Assembly (NCBI GenBank): GCA_963743305.1
Contig: CAVUPH010000014.1
Location: 1 to 64,000 of the forward strand
DNA from: an uncultured delta proteobacterium
GTDB taxonomy: Bacteria; Desulfobacterota; RBG-13-43-22
Direction of reading: 5' to 3'
Length of the DNA: 64,000 nt
The notes under the pieces are model-generated. The model made no database searches. It was not told where the DNA came from and worked only from the letters and a program-made list of their open reading frames with translations. Within the stretch, counting starts at the first letter, position 1. Every line of letters starts with the position of its first letter. The position numbers and the translations under genes were made by a program. Below, one piece after another: positions 31,518 through 43,624 of this stretch.

Positions 31518-31946
31518 GGGTTATTTATTAACCCTGTTTTGGCAACCTCTCCGGGATAATTTCTTTTTACCCGGAGGGAGTGGTTGAGGAACCCCAGGGG
31601 ATTTCGGAAATGAACCTGGGATAGAGCTGTAAGGAAAGAGTTGGATGAAACATAGACAACAGCAGATTCACCAGTACAAACGGTATTCATTGATTTTTAA
31701 GATTCGCCTTTTTAAGGACTCGTAGGTGAAAGCACCTCCTATTGAACTAAATCCTCCACGAAAAATTCAAGACCGGAAAGGAGTGGTCCGGTAATTATCC
31801 AAGGACATTCCTCGGCCGGAACGGTCCTCGATGCTCAGTTTCCCGCCCAACAATAGGCCGCGTTGCAGGTCCAGATTGATCTCTTTGGTCAGACGCCGGG
31901 AGGCGCGGAGCCAGACCGGAATGCTCTTCTCGCTATGAGAAGCTAT

Positions 31947-32786
31947 TTAAGATCCTTCCTCCACCGGCCGGTCGTCGAAAACCACCTGTTCGGCGCCGTT
32001 GTAAACCAAAAAGCGTTTGCCCCGGGCCCGGGCGATGATGGTCATGTTCAGGCCCTGGGCCAGTTCCAGGCCCATGTGGGTGACGCCCGAACGGGACAGG
32101 AGCACCGGGATGCGCATGATCGCGGCCTTCATCACAATCTCCGAGGTCAGGCGTCCGGTGGTATACAGGATCTTGTCCTCCCCCGGGATCCGTTCCAGCC
32201 ACATCCGCCCGGAGATGGCGTCGGCGGCATTGTGGCGACCCACATCTTCGAAAAACAGCAGCACCCGGTCCTCCCGGCACAGTCCGCAGCCGTGCACCGA
32301 TCCGGCCTGTTTGTAGAGGACGTCACTTTGAGAAACCGCCTTCATCAAACCATAGAGATGAGATTGGCGCACGGCTAAGGGGGGGAGGCGCAGTTCCAGT
32401 ATCTTGTCCAGGGTGCAACTGAAGATCGTCCCCTGACCGCAGCCTGTGGTCACCGTCATCTTCGAGATTTTTTCTTTCAGTTCGGAGATGCCCTGACCGT
32501 GGGTGGTCCGCAGGAAGGCGGTTTCCTTCTCCCAGTCCACGTCGACCGAAGCGATCTCTTCAATCCGCTCCACCAAACGCTGATTGCGCAGGTACCCCAG
32601 GGCCAGTTCCTCCGGGTGGGTGCCCAGGGTCATCAGGGTGACGATTTCCTGTCCGTCGATTTTGATGGTCAGCGGCGTCTCTCCGGGGACCCAGATTTCC
32701 CGCCGTTCCCCCAAATGGTTGACCACCGTGGCCCGATGGACCGGCGAGCGGCCGGCCTGCGTCATCTGGGGGCGGTAACCATCCAT
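31947..32786 (-). CDS. fdhD: Formate dehydrogenase accessory sulfurtransferase
   Basis: ETPLTI, TTGCGQG, GSVHGC, EDVGRHNAAD, TTGRLTSE; ATG overlaps the hisHF stop (TGATG). Confidence 0.93.
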   Translation of the reverse strand: MDGYRPQMTQAGRSPVHRATVVNHLGERREIWVPGETPLTIKIDGQEIVTLMTLGTHPEELALGYLRNQRLVERIEEIASVDVDWEKETAFLRTTHGQGISELKEKISKMTVTTGCGQGTIFSCTLDKILELRLPPLAVRQSHLYGLMKAVSQSDVLYKQAGSVHGCGLCREDRVLLFFEDVGRHNAADAISGRMWLERIPGEDKILYTTGRLTSEIVMKAAIMRIPVLLSRSGVTHMGLELAQGLNMTIIARARGKRFLVYNGAEQVVFDDRPVEEGS

Positions 32787-34357
32787 CAAGGTCTGATCTC
32801 CACCTTGCCGGCCAGAAAGCGCTTCACCTCGCCGATCGGCACTTCCCGGCGGTGAAAGATCCCGGCGGCCAGGGCCGACTCGGCCTTCGTCCGGGTGAAG
32901 ACCTCCAGGAAGTGTTCGGGGCTGCCGGCGCCGCTGGAGGCGATGACCGGAATGGTCACCGCCGCCTTCACGGCGTTGATCAGTTCCAGGTCGAAACCCC
33001 GATTGGTCCCGTCCCGGTCGATGCAGTTGAGCAGGATCTCCCCGGCCCCCAGCTTTTCGCAGACCTGGGCCAGGGTGACCGCGTCCACCTCCCGGCCCTC
33101 GCGGCCGCCCTTGATGGTGCACTGGTACCAGCAGTAGCGCTCACCCCCGGGACCCGGAAAGGTCGTCTCGATCACCGGGTGCTTCGTTTCCTCCGGGTCC
33201 TTCACGTAGACCCGTCGGGGGTCTATGGAAATGACTACCGCCTGGTTGCCGTAGACCCGGGAGATCTCTTCGATGGAACTCTTCCCGCCGGCCCGGCCGG
33301 CGGCCAGATATTCCTCGACGATCAGGACGGCGTCGCTGCCGATGGAGACCTTGTCGGCCCCGGAACGGAAATACCGGGAAGCCACCTCCAGAGCGGAATA
33401 CCGCCGGCCTTGCCGATCGGTGTAGTCCCGTATCCCCCCGCCGATGGTCAGCGGAACAAAGACGTTTTCCGAGGTCCGCTTTAGGACCTCCAGCATGGGC
33501 AGGTCTTCCAGGGGGAAATCCCGAAAGCCGGTGATGTTCAGAAAGGTGATCTCGTCGGCCCCTTCCTGGTAATATCTCCGGGCCAGATCCACCGGCCGGC
33601 CCAGGTTCCGGACCTCCCCTTCTTCCCGCACGTCATATTGATCGCCCTTGGTCACTACCAGGTCGCCTTGATCGTTGGCGCGCACATCGAGGCAGGCGAC
33701 GATCCGTTTGGCCAGTCGGGTCCGCTCCGGGCGGTAAGCCGGCCAGTCCGCTTCTTCGCCCGGTTTAAGGAAATTCTCCAGCAGCCGTAATCCGGCGGCC
33801 CCGCTCTTCTCCGGGTGGAACTGAGTGGCCACGATGGGGCCCTGCTGCACGGCGCTGACGAACCGCCGGCCGTAATCGGTCACGGTCAGCACAAGGGCTT
33901 CGTCCTCGGGAACCACGTGGTAGGAATGGACGAAGTAAAATTTTTCGTCACCCCGGATTCCCCGCAGAAAAGGCGACGGCTGGCGCACCTGCACGCCGTT
34001 CCAGCCGATATGGGGGACCGCCAGATCGATGGCGAAGCGCCGGACCGCGCCCTTAAAGATCCCCAGTCCGGGAACGCCGGGGGCCTCCTCACTGAACTCA
34101 AACAGGGCCTGGAGACCCAGGCAAATACCTAAGAAGGGCCGGCCCGAGGCCAGATAGGCCCGCAGGGGATCCAGCAATTGTTTTTCCCGCAGGATCCACA
34201 TCAGGTTCCCGAAATGGCCGACCCCCGGGAAAACGAGCTTTTCGGCCTCCCCGATATCTTCCGGGGTTTCCACCAGCCTGACCTTTTCCCCCAGGCTCTC
34301 AATGGCGTTGACCACGCTCCGCACGTTTCCCGCGCCGTAATCCAGAAGGGTAATCAT
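32786..34357 (-). CDS. hisHF: Fused imidazole glycerol phosphate synthase HisH-HisF
   Basis: LDYGAGN, GICLG, QFHPEKSG, then KRIVACLDVRANDQGDLVVTKGDQYDVRE and IASSGAG in one ORF. Confidence 0.95.
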   Translation of the reverse strand: MITLLDYGAGNVRSVVNAIESLGEKVRLVETPEDIGEAEKLVFPGVGHFGNLMWILREKQLLDPLRAYLASGRPFLGICLGLQALFEFSEEAPGVPGLGIFKGAVRRFAIDLAVPHIGWNGVQVRQPSPFLRGIRGDEKFYFVHSYHVVPEDEALVLTVTDYGRRFVSAVQQGPIVATQFHPEKSGAAGLRLLENFLKPGEEADWPAYRPERTRLAKRIVACLDVRANDQGDLVVTKGDQYDVREEGEVRNLGRPVDLARRYYQEGADEITFLNITGFRDFPLEDLPMLEVLKRTSENVFVPLTIGGGIRDYTDRQGRRYSALEVASRYFRSGADKVSIGSDAVLIVEEYLAAGRAGGKSSIEEISRVYGNQAVVISIDPRRVYVKDPEETKHPVIETTFPGPGGERYCWYQCTIKGGREGREVDAVTLAQVCEKLGAGEILLNCIDRDGTNRGFDLELINAVKAAVTIPVIASSGAGSPEHFLEVFTRTKAESALAAGIFHRREVPIGEVKRFLAGKVEIRP

Positions 34358-34389
34358 TGTTCCTTATTCCTTGTCATAAGTACGCCCAT

Positions 34390-34528
34390 TGAACATCGAA
34401 CATCCAACATCGAACATCCAACCTCGAATGAAAAACAAATCGGCATTGCCGAACAGAAAACACCTCTTTCTGTTTTTCAATTTTTTTCATTTCACATTCG
34501 ATGTTGGACGTTCGATGTTCGATGTTCA
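34390..34528. repeat. Heptamer tandem repeats arranged as a long inverted repeat
   Basis: (gaacatc/caacatc)n on the left and (gatgttc/gatgttg)n on the right. Confidence 0.75.
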
Positions 34529-34573
34529 TCTTTTCACTGATCCTCCGCCAGTCCATCCAAGGCTTACGTCCGA

Positions 34574-35819
34574 TCAGGCCATCAACTCCTGGACCGAAAA
34601 CCAGAGGAGGGCCAGGCTGAGCAGGATAAGGATGCCCACCGTCGCCCAGGACACTTTATTATAGAGGGGTGAGTTTTTAAAAGCTCCCATCAGCTTCACC
34701 CGGTTGATCAGGAGAAGGATAAAAATCAAAATAAAGGGCAGCAGCAGGCCGTTGATCACCTGGGAGAGCAGCATAATCAGAATCAAAGGGGCCTTAGGGA
34801 TCAACACCAACCCCCCGCCCAGAATGATCAGCCCGGTGTAGAGCCACATGAATTGCGGGGCTTCTTTAAAATCCTTGTTGATGCCCGCCTCCCAGCCCAT
34901 CCCCTCGCAGATCACATAGGCCGTGCTCAAGGGCAGGATGGAAGCCGCAAACAGCGAGGCATTGGCCAGACCCAGGGCGAAGAGGAGACTGGCATATTTG
35001 CCGGCCAACGGCGCCAGGGCCACGGCCGCGTCTTCGGCCGTTCGGATGGGGATGTTGTGCACATGAAGCGTGGCCGCACAGGCCACCACAATAAAGAAGG
35101 CCACCACCACGGCCATGATGCAACCGATAATTACGTCCCAGCGGACATACCGGTAATCCTTGGTCCGTATCCCTTTTTCCACAATGGAGGATTGCTGATA
35201 AAACTGCATCCAGGGGGCGATCGTCGTCCCCACCACTCCGATCAGCATCATCATATAGGAACGGTCCAGTTGTATCCGGGGATGGACCATTTCCTGAAAG
35301 ACCCCACCCCAGGCCGGATGGGCCATAAAACCGGAGATGATATACGACAAATAGATCGTGCAGGCCACCAGAAAAACCTTTTCCACGAAATCGATAACTG
35401 CCCTTGACCACCAAAAACCAGACCAGAAATCCCCCGGCGGGGATGGCTATATAGCGGTTCACTCCCAGGATTTCCAGGCTGGCGGCCAACCCGGCAAATT
35501 CCGCCATGATATTCCCCAGGTTAGTCAGCAGCAGGGCCAACAGGACCAGAAAGGTGATCTTGACCCCGAACTCCTCCCGGATCAGGTCCGAAAGACCTTT
35601 CCCGGTGACCACTCCCAGACGGGCCACCATTTCCTGCACCATAATCAACAGGACGGTGATCGGGATCAGGGACCAGAGCAACCCATAACCGTAATGCGCC
35701 CCGGCCAGGGAATAGGTGGTGATCCCCCCGGCATCGTTGTCCACGTTGGCCGTAATTATCCCGGGTCCCACGATACTGAGAAAAAAAAGGAGGCGCTTCC
35801 GGTTCATAGTCCAGCCCAT
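34574..35819 (-). CDS. Nramp-related divalent metal (likely Mg2+) transporter, frameshift near 35388
   Basis: GPGIITANVDNDAGGITTYS, QEMVARLGVVTGKGL, GTTIAPW. Confidence 0.88.
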
Positions 35820-35828
35820 AATCCGGCC

Positions 35829-37046
35829 CTATCTTCTCCGCCTCAAGGGGGTGGGCAGGAGGATATCGACGATGTCATCCACGGTGATGATCCCCAGCAT
35901 CTGGTCTTCCTCATCGACCACCGGCACGGCCATGAGATTGTATTTGGAGACCATTTCCGCCACTTCTTTCTTATCCACCTCGGAATGGACCTTTTTGGGA
36001 TTGGTTTTCATCAACTCTCCCAACAGCATCTCCGGGGCAGCCAGGATCAAGTCTTTCAGCGAGAGGACCCCCTCCAGATGATCGTCCTTGTCCAGGATAT
36101 AGAGGTAATAGATCATCTCCACGTCGGGGGCCAACAGGCGGAGGGACTGCATGGCCTCGGCCACGGTGGCCTCCTTGGGAAAGGAAACGTAATCCGTGGT
36201 CATCAGGCCCCCGGCGGAATCCTCATCGTGTTCCAGAAGTTCCTGAACATCGCAGGCCTCTTTCTCCTCCATTAAATTCAGGATCTCTTTGGCCTGGCTT
36301 TCGGGGAGGTCCCCCAGGACGTCGGCGGCCTCATCCGGTTCCATCACCTCCAGGACATCGGCCGCCTCCCCGGGCTCCATCTGCTTGAAGATATTGGCCC
36401 GGGTTTCCTCATCCAGTTCATACAGGGCTTCCCCGGCCTTCTCTTTCCCCACCGCGTCGATCAGGCTGGAACGTTCCTGCATGGAGACTTCGGAGATGAT
36501 CTCCGCCAGATCCACGGGATGCATCTGAATCAGGTTCTTACGGGTAATGGTCAGGGTCAGGTGATCCAGCCCCGGCTCCAGGGGCTTGAGATACTGCCAG
36601 GGGATGGGGGTCCCTTTTTTGGATTTCTTAAACCCCAACCGCCGGACCAGCCCTCCCAGCCCCACGTCAATCGCCAGGAGACCGAAATCCCCGTTGACCC
36701 GGCCCAGCCGGACATCATTGACCCGGACCACCTTGACCCCGTTGATATCGACTACCTGCTTATCCATGATATGCTCGGCGATCAGGATTTCGTGGGCCTG
36801 GGGCTCAGCAGAAACCAGGGACTCTTCGGAACCCCGGAAGGCGATCACCTTGCGGTTTAACACGTCCACGTCCATCAGGAGAATATAGAACAGCCCCCGG
36901 CGCCCTTTGACATACAAGCCCTCCACCAGGGGATAGGCCTCCCCCGGCACCACCCGCAGGTCTTTCACCCGCCCGATTTCGTTTCCCCGCTGATCCAGCA
37001 CGGGATGATTCAGCAGTTCACTTAAGAATATGTCGTCGGTGATCAT
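35829..37046 (-). CDS. PRC-barrel + MgtE N-terminal + CBS domain protein (no TM domain)
   Basis: HPVDLAEII, MEPDEAADVLGDL, SAGGLMTT, GIITVDDIVD. Confidence 0.9.
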   Translation of the reverse strand: MITDDIFLSELLNHPVLDQRGNEIGRVKDLRVVPGEAYPLVEGLYVKGRRGLFYILLMDVDVLNRKVIAFRGSEESLVSAEPQAHEILIAEHIMDKQVVDINGVKVVRVNDVRLGRVNGDFGLLAIDVGLGGLVRRLGFKKSKKGTPIPWQYLKPLEPGLDHLTLTITRKNLIQMHPVDLAEIISEVSMQERSSLIDAVGKEKAGEALYELDEETRANIFKQMEPGEAADVLEVMEPDEAADVLGDLPESQAKEILNLMEEKEACDVQELLEHDEDSAGGLMTTDYVSFPKEATVAEAMQSLRLLAPDVEMIYYLYILDKDDHLEGVLSLKDLILAAPEMLLGELMKTNPKKVHSEVDKKEVAEMVSKYNLMAVPVVDEEDQMLGIITVDDIVDILLPTPLRRRR

Positions 37047-37063
37047 CGGAATTCCCTCAATCA

Positions 37064-37534
37064 CTAAAATCGAAGCGTGGCCTTTAGCCGTTTGGGATTC
37101 AAGAGCAGATCCAGGCCGTCCTGGGCGCTGCGAACCAGTATGTTCGCCGCCTTGATCGCCTCCACCGCGCAGCCTTCCCCCTCGACGACGGCTATGCCCA
37201 CCCGGGCCGCGGAGAGCATCTTCCGGTCGTTGTTGCCGTTGCCCAGGGCCACCACCTTCTCCGGTCCCAGGTCTTTCACCTGGGCCTCTTTTTGAAGGTC
37301 ATGGTCGGCGCCGGTCAGAATAGCAATGGTACAGTTTACCTTTTCCAGGGCTTCCCTGGCCTTGCCAAAGGTATCCGCCGTGAGGATTTGGACCTGCATA
37401 AATTCACTTATTCGGTTCAATCGATCCTCCACACCCGGAAGAAGCTACCCCATCCACCGACAGGGTCCCGGTAAAATCGGAGACCAGATACTCCACCTTC
37501 ACTTCTCCAAAACCCGGAATATCAACAGATACAT
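37064..37534 (-). CDS. Soluble P-type-ATPase-like HAD hydrolase (frameshifted), copy 1
   Basis: LVSDFTGTLSVDG, LTADTFG, GNGNNDRKML, LLNPKRLKATLRF. Confidence 0.8.
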
Positions 37535-37718
37535 AATCTCTCCTGGAGGCTGCGCTTAATAGAGAAGAATAACCCGATAAGGGGGCTAATGACAACCCCT
37601 TTTTTCATGTAAAACCTCCGGTCCCGGGGGATACGAGGCGGAGATGGGATCCCCAAGGGTGATGCCCGGGGGAAAGACCGAGTCGGTCTATCTTCGGGCG
37701 CGGTAAGATCTTTCATAA

Positions 37719-39350
<1,632 letters not shown>

Positions 39351-39362
39351 GAAAGATTACCG

Positions 39363-39420
39363 TGAAAGCCTTCCAGGGCGATCTTTGGGACCGATTTTTC
39401 AACGCCCTGGAAGGTTTTCA
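39363..39420 (+). terminator. Long hairpin after enolase
   Basis: tgaaagccttccagggcg ... cgccctggaaggttttca. Confidence 0.55.
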
Positions 39421-39537
39421 GGAAGCCCCCGAAGAGTTGACCCGGTTAAAACAGGAGGACCAAATGAGGGAGACGGTTGAACGGCCGCGAAATACCAAAC
39501 CAGCAGAGGTTGGAGCGGGTGAAGGAGTTATTCGGTC

Positions 39538-41085
39538 TTAGACGAGCACCCTGCTATAGGTGACTCGTCCATCCCCGGGGCCATAGAAATTCTCCAGCAC
39601 GGATTCGGCAGTATAACCGCATCTTTCATAGAAAGCCCTGGTGCCGTCGTAGAGGGGCCGCTGTGAGGTCTCAATGTATATTCTTTCCCCCTTGGCTTCC
39701 CTTATCAATCGCTCGGTTTCCTTGAGGAGTATTTTGCCTAAGCCCTTTCCCTGCCTATCGGGATGAACGGCAATCCAGTAGAAATCAAAGCTCGAGTCCG
39801 TACAGGGGATAGGACCGTAGCAGGCGTATCCGACCAGACATCCGCGGATCTCTGCAAGGACAAAATGATAGCCGCTGGCCTCGCCTTTGGAAAGACGCTC
39901 AAGGACCAGTTCCTCGGCCACATCCACCTCGGCGGGATGGAAGAACCCGGTCGCCTCTGCCAGTCTTCGAATGCCCTCAGCATCTTCGGGAATTACTTCG
40001 TAACGCAATTTTATATTCCGGGATGATTCGCCTTGAGGCTTTTGAGTGCCTAATTTCCGGGGGGAGGAGCAGCTTTCAGTGATGATCTTTTCTATGGTAT
40101 CTTTATAGGGAATCCCGAATTTCATGGCCGCGGCGGCAAACCCGGCATCAGGATTAAGGCACGGGTTGCTGTTGATTTCCAGAATCCAAGGCCACCCTCC
40201 TTCATCAACGCGGAAATCAACCCTGGCATATCCCCTGAGTCCGAACAGGTTCCAGCAACGCAGGGCCAGAGATTTTAACGCCAGAAGGATCGGCTGATCA
40301 TCGTCCGTGAAATCAAAAGACCTGTTGGTATGGAGGTATTCAGAGGATTCCATGTTCCACTTGGCGCGGTAGCCGACCATGGGAATACGTCCTCGGTCTA
40401 AACCATCAAAGACAATCTCCGCCGGGGGCAGCATTCTGGGGCCGTCAGGCCCTCCCAGGATGGAAAGGTTGAACTCCCGGCCAAGGATAAAGCGTTCCCC
40501 GAAACAGGCCCCCCCAAGATCGCTCGACCGTTCCTTGAGAATATCCCACAATTCCCCTTCGGTCTTCCCGGAAACGACATTATTATCAGCGAGACCCAGT
40601 GAGCCGTGTTCCCAAAGGGATTTGATAATCCACTGCCATTTCTTGCGAGGGGCATCCGTTTTATTATGATGCCACATAGCGATAGTCCGGGGATAAGGCC
40701 CTATCCAGGCCGGAGTGGGCAGGTGGCCGAGACACATCCGCTCCTTGGCCAGGATCTTATGGGTAGTTATGAAGATCGTCTCGGTACACGAGCCGGTGTA
40801 AAGGAGGCCCATGACATCAAGGAGCCCGGGGAAAAGATGCATCAGCCGATCCTTTCCCCCGAGGGATTCCACAAGGTTGAAGACCATATCCGGCCTTAAG
40901 TCCTCAAGCCGGCCCTTTATGTCCATAAGATCAAGGCCGCAGGGTATTTGAAAGGCCTTATGACCCAGATCATCCAGGACATTTGAAATAGCCTCGGCCT
41001 GGATCAAAACATCCTGTACGTCTGTCCTGTCGTTTGGTCCGACCTCGTTATGCACAATGGCTATGCGCATTATATTATTATCCAC
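39538..41085 (-). CDS. D-Ala-D-Ala-ligase-like ATP-grasp protein fused to GNAT
   Basis: VFNLVESL, GYARVDFRVD, ILEINSNPCL, then FYWIAVHPDRQGKGLG. Confidence 0.88.
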   Translation of the reverse strand: MDNNIMRIAIVHNEVGPNDRTDVQDVLIQAEAISNVLDDLGHKAFQIPCGLDLMDIKGRLEDLRPDMVFNLVESLGGKDRLMHLFPGLLDVMGLLYTGSCTETIFITTHKILAKERMCLGHLPTPAWIGPYPRTIAMWHHNKTDAPRKKWQWIIKSLWEHGSLGLADNNVVSGKTEGELWDILKERSSDLGGACFGERFILGREFNLSILGGPDGPRMLPPAEIVFDGLDRGRIPMVGYRAKWNMESSEYLHTNRSFDFTDDDQPILLALKSLALRCWNLFGLRGYARVDFRVDEGGWPWILEINSNPCLNPDAGFAAAAMKFGIPYKDTIEKIITESCSSPRKLGTQKPQGESSRNIKLRYEVIPEDAEGIRRLAEATGFFHPAEVDVAEELVLERLSKGEASGYHFVLAEIRGCLVGYACYGPIPCTDSSFDFYWIAVHPDRQGKGLGKILLKETERLIREAKGERIYIETSQRPLYDGTRAFYERCGYTAESVLENFYGPGDGRVTYSRVLV

Positions 41086-41100
41086 ATCCTCTCTGGGTCT

Positions 41101-42087
41101 CTATTTTTTAATCCTCTTTGAAGCGGAGACCAGTATCCTTTCAATGAGCGCCTGATAGCTTAGGCCCACTCCCTTGGAGATAATGGGCAGGTCGGAATGA
41201 TCAGGGTGCAGTCCGGCCAGGGGATTTACCTCCAGGAAATAGGGATTTCCCCCATCATCACAGCGGATATCCACGCGACCTCCGTCCCTGCAACCCAGGA
41301 CGCGCCAGGCCTTGAGAGCAACCGCTTCGGACCTTTTAACCACTGAAGCCTCCGAGTTCTTTTTAATAGTATAACTCACCAGCTCTTCGGAATTCTCCTT
41401 GTTTACATAGGAATAGGCGCCCTGCTCCGCCTTCGGCAGCAGATGAATCTCCATCGTGCCCACGACCGTTGCCTCGGAATCCGTGCCTGTTAGGCCGACG
41501 GTAAATTCCCGGCCGGGAAGGTATCGTTCCACAAGAACAGGCTGGCTAAAGGCCTTACGCATAGCTTCGCAGGCCGGTCCAAGGTCCTCGGTCCGTCTTA
41601 TGATGGAATCCGGAGTTATCCCCTTTCCTGTGCCCTCCGCCACCGGCTTAATAAAAAAAGGGGGTTGAAAATTTATATCGCCTTCTTCTATTCTTCCTTC
41701 GAATACCCAAAAATCCGATGTGGGAATTCCGGCGTCCCGGATTACCCGTTTCGTCATGCTCTTATGAAGAGTCAGACTCATGACCAGGGGATCGGAAAAG
41801 GTGTACGGTATATCGTAGATATCAAGGACAGCCGGGACCTGGGCCTCGCGGCCTATCCCCTTCAGCCCCTCGGCTATATTGAAGACCAAATCCCAGCGGG
41901 CCCCCCGGGCCAGACGCTCAATCAGCCCGCGGGCATTGCCGATGCGTTCGGTATGGTGACCCAAGTGCCCGAGACTGTCCTCAATACCCTCAATGGTCTC
42001 TTCCCGGTCAAACTCGGCTGTCTCCAATTTGCTGTAACCTTGCGCCAGATAGTCGGACCTTAGATCATAGGTCAAACCGATTTTCAT
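41101..42087 (-). CDS. D-Ala-D-Ala-ligase-like ATP-grasp protein
   Basis: VFNIAEG, KPVAEGTGKGI, YLPGREFTVG, FLEVNPLAGL. Confidence 0.9.
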   Translation of the reverse strand: MKIGLTYDLRSDYLAQGYSKLETAEFDREETIEGIEDSLGHLGHHTERIGNARGLIERLARGARWDLVFNIAEGLKGIGREAQVPAVLDIYDIPYTFSDPLVMSLTLHKSMTKRVIRDAGIPTSDFWVFEGRIEEGDINFQPPFFIKPVAEGTGKGITPDSIIRRTEDLGPACEAMRKAFSQPVLVERYLPGREFTVGLTGTDSEATVVGTMEIHLLPKAEQGAYSYVNKENSEELVSYTIKKNSEASVVKRSEAVALKAWRVLGCRDGGRVDIRCDDGGNPYFLEVNPLAGLHPDHSDLPIISKGVGLSYQALIERILVSASKRIKK

Positions 42088-42139
42088 GGATTATTCTCTC
42101 CGCGGGATCAGTCCTTAAGACCTGTTAACGGGAAGTCTA

Positions 42140-43516
42140 TTAATAATTTTCCTGGGTCTCGGCAGGGGGTCTGGGGATGAAAACACTGGGAGCGGCCTCT
42201 GCGGAACTGTAAGCCGGATACTTATAAAGGACGCCTTTATAATTGCGAAGGACCAGATGGTCTCCATCCCGACCTTCCCGATACTCGGGCATAATCGGGA
42301 TCTTTCCGCCTCCTCCGGGGGCATCGATCACGTAACTGGGAATGGCATATCCGCTGGTAAATCCCCTTAATCCCCTGATAATCTCCAGACCCTTTTCAAC
42401 AGGTGTGCGGAAATGGGAAGACCCGGATATGGGATCGCACTGATAGAGGTAATAGGGTCTCACCCGCATCTTTAAAAGGTTATGGAAAAGGTCCCTCATG
42501 GTTTCCACCTTATCGTTGATCCCCGACAGGAGAACGGTCTGGGAACCAAGAGGGATGCCCGCGTCGGCCAGCAGGGAACAGGCCCTGTAGGCCTCGGGAG
42601 TGCATTCCTCCGGGTGGATAAAATGAAGGCTCATATAGAGCGGATGATGTCTCCGAAGCATGCAGACAAGCTGAGGAGTAACTCGTTGCGGCAGGACCGC
42701 CGGCACTTTTGTGCCGATACGCACTATTTCGACATGAGGAATTTTGCGGAGGTTGGTCAGTATCCAGTTCAGACGATCATCGCTCAAAGTAAGGGGGTCG
42801 CCGCCGGAGATAAGGATATCCCTGATCCCCGGATTGGCCCTGATGTAGTCAAAGGCCCTTTCAAGGCGGGACCTTGTTGGATGGAGAGACCCATGACCGA
42901 CCACTCTGGATCGTGTGCAATATCGGCAATAGGTGGAACAGAAATCCAGGGCAACCAATAGGACCCTATCGGGATATCTGTGCACCAGACCGGGCACAGG
43001 GCTTTGATGTTCCTCGCCGAGGGGATCATCATTTTCTCCCGGCGCAGCGATAAATTCATCGATGGTCGGGACAACGCTTCGACGCAAAGGGGAAGCCGCA
43101 ATATCAGGAGAGATGAGACTCATATAATATGGCGTTATCCCTACGGGGAGTTTGGGGGTAAACCTTTCCAGGGCAGCTTGCTCTGCGATTGAAAGGGTTA
43201 AAAACCTTTTTAAGCGGACGACCGTCTGGATGCGGTTGGTGATTTGCCAATGCCAATCGTTCCATTGTTTATCCGCTACCTCAGGATAAAATTGTCGTCT
43301 AAAGCTTTTGGTTTCTATTGATGTACGGGGTCTTTTCTTGCCGGTAAAAGGGATAAGAATCGCCGGATGGCGCTGGGGAATCCGGACGTCATGAGTCCAG
43401 GATATGGGGATCTCTAATGGCAAGCTGCTACTCGGAGGTTCCTCATCCTTATCAAGCAGGATCTCCTGCTGCTCCTGACCTCTAAAGCACGGCATTAGTG
43501 AACTTCCTTCCTCCAT
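42140..43516 (-). CDS. KamA-family radical SAM aminomutase
   Basis: WNDWHWQ, VHRYPDRV, CSTYCRYC, SGGDPL, DAPGGGGKIP (PLP lysine). Confidence 0.93.
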   Translation of the reverse strand: MEEGSSLMPCFRGQEQQEILLDKDEEPPSSSLPLEIPISWTHDVRIPQRHPAILIPFTGKKRPRTSIETKSFRRQFYPEVADKQWNDWHWQITNRIQTVVRLKRFLTLSIAEQAALERFTPKLPVGITPYYMSLISPDIAASPLRRSVVPTIDEFIAAPGENDDPLGEEHQSPVPGLVHRYPDRVLLVALDFCSTYCRYCTRSRVVGHGSLHPTRSRLERAFDYIRANPGIRDILISGGDPLTLSDDRLNWILTNLRKIPHVEIVRIGTKVPAVLPQRVTPQLVCMLRRHHPLYMSLHFIHPEECTPEAYRACSLLADAGIPLGSQTVLLSGINDKVETMRDLFHNLLKMRVRPYYLYQCDPISGSSHFRTPVEKGLEIIRGLRGFTSGYAIPSYVIDAPGGGGKIPIMPEYREGRDGDHLVLRNYKGVLYKYPAYSSAEAAPSVFIPRPPAETQENY

Positions 43517-43624
43517 CTGTTACTCCCCCTTTGGAAAAAGATGTTTTTAATTAGCGCTAAAATAAGCCCATCTTAAAAAAAATCAAGCCTTTTTTCAATG
43601 CCTGCAAGGAACTACTAATTTCCT

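Noticed and set aside
34390-34528. CRISPR array
   Set aside because: 7-nt tandem units without spacers; no cas genes in the window.
37650-37690. GGAGATGGGATCCCC resembling a fourth fluoride aptamer
   Set aside because: No AACCGC junction or GCUGAUGAC-type 3' pseudoknot strand, and P1 pairing is poor.
39538-42087. Vancomycin-resistance (van) ligases
   Set aside because: No vanH/vanX/vanRS context; the N-termini differ from Ddl/Van and the genes are linked to KamA.
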